A stretch of 64,000 nucleotides of DNA from Kondoa subrosea (Eukaryota), in contig BCIN01000001.1 of NCBI GenBank assembly GCA_039545335.1, positions 62,001 to 126,000 of the forward strand, given 5' to 3'. Positions 25,646 to 38,239 of the stretch are shown one piece after another. Numbering within the stretch: the stretch's first letter is position 1; every line of letters starts with the position of its first letter. Both the position numbers and the translations under genes were made by a program. The notes under the pieces were generated by a model. That model did no database searches, was not told the origin of the DNA, and worked only from the letters and a program-made list of their open reading frames with translations.

Positions 25646-26685
25646 ATGGGCAAGAAGAAAGCTACAGTGGAACCAGCGAAGCCAGCTACTGAGTCACGCT
25701 TCGTAACGCGACAGAAGGACAGTCTAGAAATCAAGAGATATGAATCACTCGCAACCCTTTCCTCACTGGTCAACGCTTTCTGTTTAGCCAGTCTACCAGG
25801 TCTGCATTGGGACACTTCCATGATTCAAGATCCTCTCACTTCGCTGAGTATTGCTTGTATTGGAACCCTATGTGTTCAGTTCTATATCGCTATGCATTTT
25901 CGAGTTTGGTGGAATAAAGATGAAAGGTTGACCAAAGCTGAGCCGGGGGATGTCGTAGAAGAAGACAAGAAAGATCGTTGGAAAATATCGAAGCCCACAG
26001 GTGCAACGTTGGAAGTGAGTACTCTAGAGTACCGATAGGGACAACCTAATGTTCTCGCACAGCCTTTAATCCAAGCTAACGCTCTTACGCTTCTCGGTAC
26101 TCTGGCTATTCATTTCACTATGATTCTCTTCGGCGCGAACATTATCAAGCGAGTTCAGCTTCTTAACACATTGATGATCTCGACTAATGTCAGAGGGCAG
26201 GAAATGGCAAGAAACAGCTCTGGCTTCTTTCTACATCTCTTTACTCGCTTTCTTCCCCACTACCTTTAGCATGACTGGTCCTCACAAATCCTTTGCAGCC
26301 AGACAAAGCTTCATTCGCTTGTTCATTTCATTATCGTATGTCTTCCCATTTCTCGAATAATATACCGCGCTGAGAAGGTTGTAGACCAGCTACATCTACT
26401 GAACAGGCTTTACTCTATCCTTGTATAGGGACATTAGCTGGTGCATGGATTGGCGCATTCCCAATTCCACTAGATTGGGATGCACCATGGCAGTAAGTCT
26501 CACTGAGCTTAGAGCAAAAGGTCCTTCTGATTCGCTTCTGTAGACGATGGCCTGTTACCGTTTGCTATGGAGCTTTGATTGGTAGTATTGCAGGGCATGG
26601 AATTTCAGCTTTGATTTTGGGTTGGACAGCAGTTGCGAAAGAAGATGTGTTAGTCGCAGACAAGGATCAGAAGAAGAAGAAGTAG
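25646..26685 (+). CDS. GPI11: GPI ethanolamine-phosphate transferase subunit PIG-F
   Basis: LLYPCIGTLAGAWIGAFPIPLDWDAPWQ|TWP signature; multiple TM segments; C-terminal KKKK ER-retrieval signal. Confidence 0.92.
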
Positions 26686-26963
26686 CGTTACCATTCATTG
26701 TGTAAATACCTTTTGCATTGATATTCGCATTGGAGCTTGATTAAGTAAGAGTCGTTTGCTTCCAGGCGACGACTTCTTTAAAGATACCTTCTTCCAATAT
26801 TGCTGGATTATACCCTCGAGCGCTTCCTGGATATACCTCTGTGTCCTACCTTGCTAGCTGTGCTTGATGAGTGCGCTCGAAGCAACATCTAGCTCGGTCA
26901 GAAAGAGCAAGGGTTGAAAGATCTGAGAGCTGAGGGAGATTGGACAAGTGTAGTGGATCTAGT

Positions 26964-29900
26964 ATGGCTACACCTCTGCCATCAGCCATTCCGCAGAACA
27001 GGCCACAGCTTGATGCGTACTCGAAGGTTTGTCATTGCGAACATATCTGAGATTTCTCACATGATTCCTTACAGCAATTTGTACCAGCATGGCTAGCCAA
27101 TATCGCAGATCAAGATCTTCCCCTCTTCCAGGACTTTTCAGAGCGTATCAAGGATCCTTCAGATATGCTCGAGCTCTGGCCGAAACCGCTTCTTGATCGT
27201 CTGACTCAACGCAAATCCAACTTACTGCAAGAGATGCATCGCTTACATGGAGACTCACACAAGACAAAACTTATTCCTTCTCTTACACCGGAATCTTATA
27301 TCGCTCGATTCTTGCCTTTGCTCCTAATTGAACATCAAGCTGTCATTTCTGTCTTGAAAAGTCATACACTCTATGGAGCTCCTTTGATACCTCTTCCACC
27401 ACAGAAAGGGTCACCTCCATCGCTATATGTTCTCAAAGCTGCTATCATCAGAGAAGGTTCACCACCTGTTCAATTGGGCGATGCAGTATGGTTGAAACAA
27501 ATTCGATGGTTTGAGAGAATGTCTTCTGGTTTCACTTTTGTGGCTACAATTCATAGTATCAATCGAGCTGCTTCAACTATCGTTTTACGATGTGATGGGT
27601 TGTTCAATCAGCATGAAAGTATGCAATTCGTCGTACAATGGGGAATACATGTACGTATAATCTCATAGTGTAGCGAATCTTATCCTAAAGACGAGCACAG
27701 GCTAAAACTTTTGGTCATCCTGCGAACGCGATCATTATTCTCGGCAGCGCTTTATCTCACGCCTTACCGATTAAAGCAAAACACACGCGATCAATCAGTA
27801 CAACTAGTAGCGTCATTCTAACTCCTCCTACTTCACCTGGATCAACATCAAATGGTACTCAATCTCTGACATCGACTTTCAATTCCCCTTCTACAATTAA
27901 TACAACACTACCTCCTTCTTCACCTCCTTCCACAAACAACGGGATTCAAAAGAGGAGACAAATTCGACCGATCGCTAATTCTTGGTTATTCCCTAATGAA
28001 ACGGATCTCACGGAAAATGCTATTCCAGTTCAAGCGAAGTTGAATTGGCATAATACGAAATTGAATGCGGAGCGTAAGTATCGGATCTCCTTTCATGCCA
28101 GTTGTGGCTTAAGCTGAGGCGGATGATCTTACAGAAAGACAAGCTGTGCTTTCTATTGTGTATTGTGGAAGAAGGAGAGTTCCGTTTCTCATCTCTGGTC
28201 CTCCAGGTAAGCTCGGTCTCAACATTGCTCTATTCAGAACTAAACGCTCGCATTACAGGCACAGGCAAAACAGGTCAGATCATCAATCAGAAGCGTATGG
28301 GTGTAAACTCATCTTCACTCTGTGCAAACAGTCACTTTGGTCGAAGCTGCTCTTCAGATCTTACGTACCCACAAGACTGCTCGGATTCTTATTTGTGGTG
28401 CAACCTCTCCCAGTGCCGATACTATAGGAGGGCGATTGGCTCGAGCTGGTGTACCGCCTTCTGATATGCTTCGGTGCATTATAGTCCTCCAAAGGACGAG
28501 AATAATACTGACAATTGCAACAGACTCAATGACCCTGGTCGACCGATGGAAGAAGTCAATGCTGCTTTGTTGCCTTATTGCTGTACTGATGAGACTGGCG
28601 GGAAATTCATGCTTCCTCCTATATCGAACATTTTGTCAAAAAGGGTCGTAATAGCGTCGGTCCTAGATTGCGGGTTTCTCGTAACTTATCAGTGAGCTTT
28701 TGGCGTATATACAGAGATAGGGGCTGAAGTGAAGATAGTATGGATAACATCTCCCTCCAGCGATTGCAGCAACATGTCTTCACTAAATTGCATTTACCAA
28801 GCGAAACCATGGCTGATTTACCGCCTACCTGGACTTATTTGCTCATTGATGAAGCAGCTCAAGCTACTGAGCCTGAATGTCTCGTTCCTCTTTCGGTTAT
28901 CCTTTCGAATACTGCTATTGATGTGGCTGTACATCCTCCGCCTCAAGTTGTGCTCTGTGGTGATATGAAGCAGGTCTGTCTGTTTGTTCAGAGGTAATCA
29001 GAAAGTTAGCTGACCTTGCATAGCTCGGACCGTCAATCATGTCACCTGAAGCAAGAGCTAAAGATCTGGATTGCTCACTACTAGGTAGGCTATTCGAACG
29101 AGAGGTCTATACTGAGCAGTAAGTGTCTTACCAATGTTGCTCAATGGTTCAGTTGAAGGGTGATGCACAGTCCAAAGTCGCGGAAGAACCTATTGCAAAA
29201 TAGTAAGACGATGCCAGACGATAACGCAACTACAATAGATGTGCCTTTTGTCAATCTTCGCCGAAACTATAGATCGCATACAGCAATCCTAGCTCCTGCT
29301 TCGCTCATGTGTAAGTCTTGGGTTCGCTTAAGTCTACGTTGACCGATACATTTCGATAGTCTATGATGATACGCTGCTACCTTGCGCTGTAGACAGTATA
29401 GTCAAATCTCCACTATCCGCATTTCCAGGTTTAGTACGACCTGTAAATCTCACCACCATTGCCCTTAAGCCTTTGCTGATCTGGAATACAATTAGGGCTT
29501 TCCTGTTGCCTTTTTCGGCGAAAGCGGTGAAGACATGTTCGTAGATGAAGGCAATTCCTTCTTCAACCCGATCGAAGCACAAAAGACAGTTTCCCTTATT
29601 CAACAATTGTTAAGATGGTCTTCGGCAGCGCAAGTAAAGCTAAGAGCTGAAGAGATCGCAGTCATTACACCTTTTCGAGAGCAAGTTTGGAGAATCAGGT
29701 TGATGTTGCGAGATGTTGGCCTGAGAGACGTGATTGTTGGTTTGACTGAACATCTGCAGGGTAATGAGAGGTGAGAGTGTATCGCTATCAAGAAGAGAAA
29801 TGACTGATAAAGAGGATTCAAGTCGAGTGATCGTCATTTCTTGCGTGAGATCTTCAACCCGATATTTGGTTGAAGACGAAGAAAAGAATGTTGGACTGTA

Positions 29901-30231
29901 CAAACAACCACAAAGACTCTGCGTGGCGCTAAGTAGAGCTAAAGAATTGCTCATCGTGTAAGTCTCTTTCCACTAAATTGCTACCACAGCTGATCATTGT
30001 GGTAGAATTGGACAACCAGCTCTTTTAAAGACGGATCCTTGGTGGTCTTCTTTCTTGCAGTATTGTCGACGTCAGAAGTGCTATGCAGGCGAAGAGCTCC
30101 AGCAGGATGAAACACCTCAAGCTGTTAGCAGACTGGAAGAACTGCTTGAAGAGCGCAATGAACGGATTAATGGAATCAGTCAAGAGGAAACAATGTCTGC
30201 AAGGATGATGGCCATGTTCCTAGAAGAGTAG
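26964..30231 (+). CDS. SF1 UPF1-like RNA helicase, MOV10/SDE3/Armitage type
   Basis: PFLISGPP|GTGKT|VTLVE, LLIDEAAQATEPE, VVLCGDMKQ|LGP, LRRNYRSH, FNPIEA, AVITPFREQV, LQGNE, RLCVALSRAKELL. Confidence 0.85.
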
Positions 30232-30287
30232 ATCTCTGATATCGAGCGCGAATGTAATATAGCCTTGCTTGTTCAAAACAACCGAAC

Positions 30288-33148
30288 ATGTCCTCAGATG
30301 CAACAGGACCTGCTAGCAATCTAGGCAAACGGTCGAGAGAAGACGATGCAGTGGAACCTAGCTTAGCACCTGATGGCTTGAGTGCAGTAGAAGCGACAAA
30401 CGATGCAGATGCAATTGCTGGAAACGAGGATTCCGACTCTGATGAAGGACCTATGCCTGCACCTGCTGGTACAGAGAGTTCTGTTCCTGCAAAGAAGCGC
30501 AAAGGTTAGCTCTACCGTTCGTGGATGCACATAACAAGCAAATCTTGATTTCCATGGTTTATCAAGTTCTGCAACATGAGAAGCTGTACTTGTCGCATTT
30601 ACCTTCAGCAGATCGCTATTTCCGTTCCTTCATGCATCGCGATGTTATGGCCAACGTTTGCGTGACAGCGACAGATTTCATACTTACCACTTCCGTTGAT
30701 GGGCATCTCAAATTCTGGAAGAAACAACCTCCAGCACCTGGTGAAGCTGGAATTGAGTTCGTCAAACATTTCAGAGCTCATCTAACACCGATTCTGGCTG
30801 TGGTCGCTTCGGTTGACGGACTTGTTGCTGCTACTATTGCTTCAGATGGATCGATAGGTAGCGAAGGCGGACAAGGTAGCGTCAAAGTCTTTGATGTGGA
30901 GAACTTTGGTGTGTTCTTACCCTTTTCGAGTGGCACCGAATCGTGCTGATTTCAAAGTAATAGATATGATCAATATGATTACCCTACCTTACATACCGAA
31001 AGCTGCTTGCTGGGTGCACGGCAAATCAGAAGCACAAATAATACTGGCAATGTGCGCGTGTTGACGAGACTATGAGCTTTAGCTAATGCTTTGTATGGCG
31101 CTTTGCACAGATCGGAGGAGAACTCGCCTACAATCCGATTATACGATGGAAGAGGAGACGGCAAGCCTCTGCATGTCCTTTCCAGCATACATCGATCGCC
31201 AGTACATCTTATGGCTGTGAGCTGAAGTTTTTAAGTATACTTGGCCAAACTGACGCATGCGGCATCAGTACAACGCAAAATATGATACAGTAGTATCAGC
31301 AGATCTCGGAGGTATGATAGAATACTGGCAGCCAGTACGCTTCCATATCTCTCTGTCATTCGCAGCTGATCTGTTTTCAGCGAGAGCCATTCGAAATACC
31401 GCAAGATCAACCTGGTCTGTGGCAGTATAAGTCTTCGACAGATCTTTACGAATTCAAAAAGGTATATCTTCTTTCTCGACGCTGACTCCTGGTGCTCACG
31501 GTGCGTGCAGAGCAAATCACTTCCCGTCTCCCTAGTCTTCTCCCCTACTTTCACTCACTTTGCAACAACTTCTCTTCCTTCAGATCGTCAAGTCCGAATC
31601 TTCAACTTTCTCACCGGGAAACTGCATAGGAAATACGATGAATCACTCTCTGCTATTCAAGAAATGCAACAGGCAGCTACAATAGGTCAAGGAGTGAAGT
31701 TAGACGATATGGAATTCGGAAGACGATTAGCTGTCGAGAAAGAATTGGAGAAGTCAGAGTCAAGATCAAGGGAAAGACCTGTTTGGGATGAAACGGGAAC
31801 CTTCTTGCTTTACCCTAGTTTACTGGGAATAAAAGGTCCGTTCACAGTTTGGAGTGTAGTACGCTAAGTGCTGAATTCTCTCACTGATGGACAGTTGTCA
31901 ATACTGTTACAAATAAAGTATCAAGGATATTAGGAAAAGATGAGACGAATCGATTCTTAGATCTGAGTCTATTTCAAGGGACGGCTACAAAGCAGAAGAT
32001 GACCACAATAGTAAGTCTGATGTTTGAAGAACTTCGCCTTGCTGATTTTGATCCAGGCAATGGCCGCATCTGCGAATCCTTTACTCAACAAAACAGCTGA
32101 AGTAGATCCAGTCCTCTTCTGCACGGCATACAAGAGATCCCGTTTCTATATGTTCGGTAAAGGCGAACCAGACAGGTGAGATCCGTTTTCAGCCTTCACA
32201 GTGAACAATGCTGATCTAGAGATGTAAGCGATGCGAATAACAAAGGATTCGATCGAGATGTCTTCAACGAAAAGCCAACTCGAGAAGAACAGACTCTAGC
32301 AGCTATAGCACCGCAGGACAAAGGTGTCCGAACAGCTAAATCGGCTATCATTCATACCGATATGGGTGATATTCACCTACGCCTGTTCCCTGATGTCGCA
32401 CCTAAGGCGGTCGAGAACTTTGTTGTACATTCGAGGGAAGGGTATTATGATGGAGTACTCTTCCATCGAGTCATCAAGAAGTTTGTGCGTGATTTGCATG
32501 GACTTCTGAGAATCAATCTCATGAGTTTGTGTCAACTCTTGTACAGATGATACAAACGGGAGATCCCCTAGGCGATGGTACAGGAGGCGTGCGTGTCGGT
32601 CACAACGCTGGAAATGCTATCCTGACCTTGAGTAGGAATCGATTTGGGGCAGCAACTTCGAAGACGAGTTTTCGCCGAATGCAAGACACGACCGACCATA
32701 CACGCTCAGTATGGCCAACGCAGGGCCAAAGACTAATGGTAAGCTCGTGGAATCGTATGCCTACAAAATACTCATTGTTGAATCCAGGTTCGCAATTCTT
32801 CATCACCTGCACATCATGTCCTTGGCTGGACAATAAGCACACGTAAGCTTAAATTCTTAAGCACTGCTGTAGCTGAACCTTGATCGTGCTTCTCAGTGTC
32901 TTTGGTCGCGCGATCGCTGGATTTGACACGATCAACAACATTGAGGTAATTTGTCACTTTAGCGCGAAATTTCAGAGCTTGTGCGGATCGCTGATTACCA
33001 CCTGCAATAGAACGTCAGGTGCGATAAAGGTGATAAGCCTGAAGAGGAGTGAGTCATCCGACTTGAAAATCCAAACGCGACTAATTGCCGCTCGTGTACT
33101 AGCATCCGAATCATCAATATCGAAACCTCTCTGCAAGACGCATCCTGA
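30288..33148 (+). CDS. PPWD1: WD40-repeat cyclophilin (PPWD1/Cyp15)
   Basis: [44 protein letters not shown], then cyclophilin domain [39 protein letters not shown]. Confidence 0.93.
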
Positions 33149-33475
33149 ACAGAGTAGGTTGCACCTCCGCTCGCCCGGCAATTGAATGTCTCAGCATAGC
33201 GCCCGTATGCGTCATTTCGTCAGAAAAAGGCGGAGTAGCAAGGATAACCGAACGACTTTTTTTTTTGTTCGGCCCTGAATCCCATGGATACGAGTGTGGG
33301 CTGCGAGAAGTGATCAGGAGGAAAATCTTTGTATAGATCAAACGTCGAGCTCAAAAAGCACGCGAGAGACGTTTCGCGCTCGAGCCAAGTGTTTTGCAAG
33401 AAGCGACTCGAGAGCAATTTCCTCATTATCTCGAATCAACGAATAGATCATATATAACCCAATACCTCTCTCAAG

Positions 33476-34394
33476 ATGAGTAGTAATACCAAGCTGCCTC
33501 CGCCTGCTGCGGCCATTCCAGTCAAGGGAGACAAGAAGGTGAGGCTCGCAATTCTCGATGTTTCGCTTTGGACACATTTCTGGCGGCTGTCTACTCCTTG
33601 CTTCTTGCGCCAATTACCAGGCTCGTAGGGCAAGAGCTGTATCCATCGATTGAAGACCTGACTTGCTTGTCATCCGCCAGCCTCTCTTTGCGTTTTCCTT
33701 TTATGACGCTTCAAACGGATTTCTCTGTCTCCTGTCTATAGGACCAAATGCTGATTGCTGTATCATCTACTCAGGCCGAGGCTTCAGCTCCTGAAGTCAA
33801 TACCAAAGTAGCGGAAGCAAAGGCAGCTCCTTCAGCGTCGAAAAAGGAGGAACCGCTAGATGTCTCAAACCCGGATAAGACAGTGATAGATATGGATATC
33901 CTTGGTCAATTACTGGAGATGTAAGGCCATACTACGTACATCGCTTCATGTACTAACTTGATTTTTTTCGCGCTTGCCAAGGGATGATGATGAGGAACAT
34001 TCCTTCTCGAAACCTCTGGTGCAAGAGTATCTGGAGCAAGCAGATGCTACTTTGGATGAGATGGATGATAAGATCAAGGAAGGGCAGTCAAAGGACAGCT
34101 TAGAGTTCTTGTCTGGCAAGGGCCATTTCCTCAAAGGTGTGATCGCACTATTCCGTAAATGTCTCTCGATATCTGATTACCATTTGTAAAAAAGGATCTT
34201 CTGCTGCTCTAGGTGCTATTCAAGTTCGTGATTCTTGCGAATCCCTACAAAACTTGGGCAAAGAGAAGAATGCTGCTGGTTCATCAAACATCTCTGCCGA
34301 TGAAGCATGGAAAGAAATTGAATCTCTCATCCCAACGCTGAAGAAGCAACACGCTTTGGCAACCAGATGGCTCAAAGCTTTATGTTCTCTTTAA
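33476..34394 (+). CDS. YPD1: Histidine phosphotransfer (HPt) protein
   Basis: IDMDILGQLLEM|DDDEEHSFSKPLV...LSGKGHFLKG|SSAALG with phospho-His motif. Confidence 0.92.
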
Positions 34395-34988
34395 ACCAGT
34401 GTTTACACCAAAGCTATCCAAAACCTGTTCAATAACGCACAAACCCTTCCGCTCTTTTGGCTTCGTTACATCAATATTTATGCTCCTCACATCAAACGCA
34501 CTCAAGCATTCGCCTCTTCCCTAACCCCCTACAATCTCGACTCTTGTTAATCATCAGACCGCGCTGGACGAAGAAAGAAGATTACTTTTCAATTGCAGTA
34601 CATACCGATCGTACCGTCGCAAGCTAGAACATTGTCGTTACTTTCCCTGTTCCCTGGTTCAGCATAGCATGTCGCAGTTGTTCTTTTCAAGCATTCATTT
34701 GGGGCAGAAAGTTTTCTTCTTCTCTTCTTCTATCGTCATAGTCTCCCTCTTTCTCTCCCGCTGTAGTAAATAAGATGCAGTAACATAAAACAGAACCCCG
34801 AAAACCCGAATTGTAAATAGCTTTAACCGAATTAAATTCCCCAACACACGTTGATGATTTCCCAATTGTCTTGATTGGTCAACGAAGCTTTCATCGACAA
34901 GAATAACCGATTAAAATCACGAGAAATGGGATAAGTCTTTGCTCTTCGCAAAGCATCTATGTGATGATTACGACGCCAGGTGATGTTC

Positions 34989-35030
34989 ACAACTAGTTTC
35001 TCTAATAGTTGTAACAACTAGTTTCTCTAA
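34989..35030. repeat. 17-bp direct repeat with inverted spacer
   Basis: acaactagtttctctaa at 34989-35005 and 35014-35030; spacer tagttgt is the reverse complement of acaacta. Confidence 0.8.
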
Positions 35031-35347
35031 AAATTATGCAGTATTTCGAGTTATATTGGTGATGGCTATGTGGTCGCAAGGCAAAGAATGAGAACAAAGT
35101 TAGACGACCAAAGCGTCAATACCATTTCATGCTCTCTTCTTACTCGAAATACGTTAAAAGAATGTCAAAAAGTGCTTCTGCCAGAAAGCAAGCCTACTCC
35201 CATAGCCAATAGCTCTTTCTTTCGTTGCTTCTCGTGACCGAGCAGGAGAAGATACCGAAAACCAAAAATTTGTCGTTAATAAAGGGGTATTGATGAGACC
35301 GAGGTGAATAAATTGGAAGGAATAGCGACTTTTGAGGTCGATGAAGC

Positions 35348-37421
35348 CTAGGAAGAGGGAGTCCAGTTTCGCATGAACGGTTGACCAGCAATTGAGCGCT
35401 TGGAATTTCCGGATTGAGACTGTAATCCATATCAATTAGATCTTGCAAAGGAACAAAGCTCGAGCTACTCACTCCACCGCAGACAGCAAGGTTGTTGAAT
35501 ACTTTGGCTTGAGAAGCATCACGGCCTTGTGCCCAGTAGTTGAGCATTTGGTTTTGGTCTGTCAATAGCAAAAGTATACAGTCAGCTGCTGTACTACACT
35601 TGTAGGTGACATAGAGCACTCACAATCCAAGTTCTATCGTGAACCGAAAGAAGAGTTAGTGGTCTGTACAATCGTAAAATGTCCAAAACAAGCTCACGTT
35701 CTGTTGGAGAAAGCAAAGAGATCATTAGCAAACACCCTGAGCATGCAGAAAAGGCAAAAAAATACTTGGCAGACACAACAACCAGTTCCGGCGGCAGCAG
35801 TAGCTTGCTGGTAGGTCATTCCACCAGGCCAGCTAATGATCAAGAACAAGACTTTCATCAAAATTTTTCGACAAACGAGATGAAGCACTTGACTAACCCG
35901 TTGTATTGACCAATAGCGAGCAACAAGTCACCATTGACGCTATCCAAAGTATCGCGGAAGTACTTTGCAGCAGTTCTGTCAGAGAGGGCGAAGACAATCA
36001 GTGAGTGAAACTGAGCGTCTCCGTGCAGCACTGACTTGACGTTGTAGTCTGGGTCATCACAAGCAATGCCAGAAGTGCACTTGTCTTCAGTGATTTGCAT
36101 CAAACCGAAAGCGCCTGTAATTCAACGAAATCTTTAAGACATGAATTTGTCTATTGAATAAGCCGACTCACCTCCATTATCACCCCTTGCACCAGCTTGG
36201 CAAGAAGACTCTTGCATTGCAAAGGAAGCTAAGAAGATTGGTGGGATATCATTCAACTGTAAACCGTACCAGCAGCGCTCAGTCTCCGTAAACAAAGGTA
36301 CTGCACCATGGCTTACCTTTCCATACTTTTCAAACAGAGGGAAGTATTGAGCGCAAGGAGCAAAGATACCATCCGAAGACAAATCCTTGACAATGACTTC
36401 ATGAATAGCAATCTTTGGTGGTGTCCAAGGAGAAGAAGGATCATTCTTGCTGATACCACAGTTCAACCAATCAATGCTTCCGTTTGGTTGATCGTCTGTT
36501 GGGTTTGCGGAAGGGCATGATGAAGGAGTATTGATGACTGCGAAATTGATTCGACCGGAAGTGAAGAAACCAGCATCGTCAGTAGAAGAAGAAGGTTTAG
36601 CTTTCTGGGAAGGCTTAACGTTGATAGTAACTGGGCTGACATCCGAAGTTGAATCGGTTGAGTTGTTGGACGATGAAGAAGAAGAACTCGAGGAAGTTGA
36701 GGCAGTTGAATCGGAGCCTTTGGATTTGCAAGTCGATACATTGGCATTCTTGACGGAAGAATCATCGTCTACGTCACTCTTTTCAATATTCGGTCTGAAA
36801 TATATAGGAGATATACAACTCACGATCAGTATCGATGCAGTAAGCTAAACCAACTCTCAAATCCTGGCATTGTGATCCAACATCAGGGTTTCTTCGTTAC
36901 AATACAGCATCAGCACAGACCCGCGGGACATGCTCAAACAAGATGACTTACAATCCATAGAAATCTTCCAGAGTCAATCCTTCAGATTTATCGACTGTTC
37001 CATCCCCATTAGCGCTCTACTTCTGACGCACGAGAGCAAATGACGACTCACTGACGCCCAAACAAACTTCACCAGGAGCAACCGTATGCCAAACTGTACA
37101 GCCTTCTTCTTTTGTAGCTGTACCTTGAGCCAAATTATCCGGTTGAGTAGAAGTAGTACCAGATTGCAATGCTTGTCTTTTAGCTTTCTTAGCAACCATT
37201 TTGGCAGCCAACAAAGTCTTCAAATCTCTTGCTTCTTTGTTGGATCTACGAGCTTGTCTTGCTGCTCTACGTTGTCTGTGCATACGGGCTGATATAGCAT
37301 GATTGTCCTTATGATTCAAAGAACGTGAAGAAAGAGAAGAAGGAGCTCGGACTCCATGAGCTGCTACTGTCAAAGTTGAAGTGAATGAAACTAAGAGTAA
37401 ACTGAGAATAGAGATCTTCAT
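35348..37421 (-). CDS. Secreted LysM + GH23/SLT lysozyme-like protein
   Basis: Signal MKISILSLLLVSFTSTLTVAA; LysM CTVWHTVAPGEVC...LTLEDFYGL|NPDVGSQCQDLRVGLAYC; catalytic region IPPIFLASFAMQESSC, FGLMQIT, AAKYF, AIGQYNGW, CCVCQNNLDY. Confidence 0.85.
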
Positions 37422-38239
37422 GGTTGATTGTCTTGAGAGGAAAGTGCTTGAGGCTGTTGTTGAGAAGTGACTGTACTTGGAGACCTTGCTAAGAAACGAA
37501 GTGACCGGCACTACGTTGGTGTTTGAGCTGAAAGAGAAATGTAAAAAGACTACTTCAAAAGGGACCAGTAGCCGAAGTCAAAGAAAGTGTGTGTGTTGGT
37601 TCGAGGTCAAGAAAGAGAATGACCACGGAGCTTCAGGAATGCTTATTGTTTCCAAGTCGATGAAAGAATGGAAGTCGTGTTCTGTTTATGCCGAACCTGT
37701 CGGGGGAGATCCAAGCTTTGTCGTGAAATTGAACGAGAGTCGTCTATAGAGAAAAAGGGGAGGAGCGGAACATTTAGCACCTCTCAAATGGGAAAGGGCA
37801 GAAATCTCACTAATGGAACAAATATGACGCGAAAGTGGCTTGCAAGGCGGGTCGTAAGAAATGTCGTCAATGCCTAAGGAATGTGGTGTGTGGGAGCAGT
37901 CGTCAATGAAGAGTCTAAGAAGTCGTTATCAGGTCACAAGAGAAGCTTGGAGCAAAAGTCAAAAAACGCCCTTTGAAATCCGTTGACAAAACGGTACAGC
38001 CTGAGCGCGTATCAAAGTGCCTGGACATCTTACAAAGGGCTGTACAGATAAGAATAGAGCACAGAGAAAACAAGAGCGAGCAGAAGAGAACATGGGAAAA
38101 GGAAATGAATGAATGAGTAGTGCTGCAATCCAATCTCCATTGCATCTGTAATAATACTGCTCCATTTGCCTATCACCGCATCCACTAAATACCAGCGAGT
38201 GATAATCCATCACATATTCTTGACCAGTAACCAATATAC

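Noticed and set aside
33248..33272. ccgaac...T10...gttcgg hairpin resembling a terminator or Pol III gene end
   Set aside because: No tRNA cloverleaf or A/B boxes upstream; more likely a poly(dT) promoter element before YPD1
1745..37421. LPMO-like pair plus LysM-GH23 as a functional gene cluster
   Set aside because: About 30 kb apart and separated by unrelated housekeeping genes
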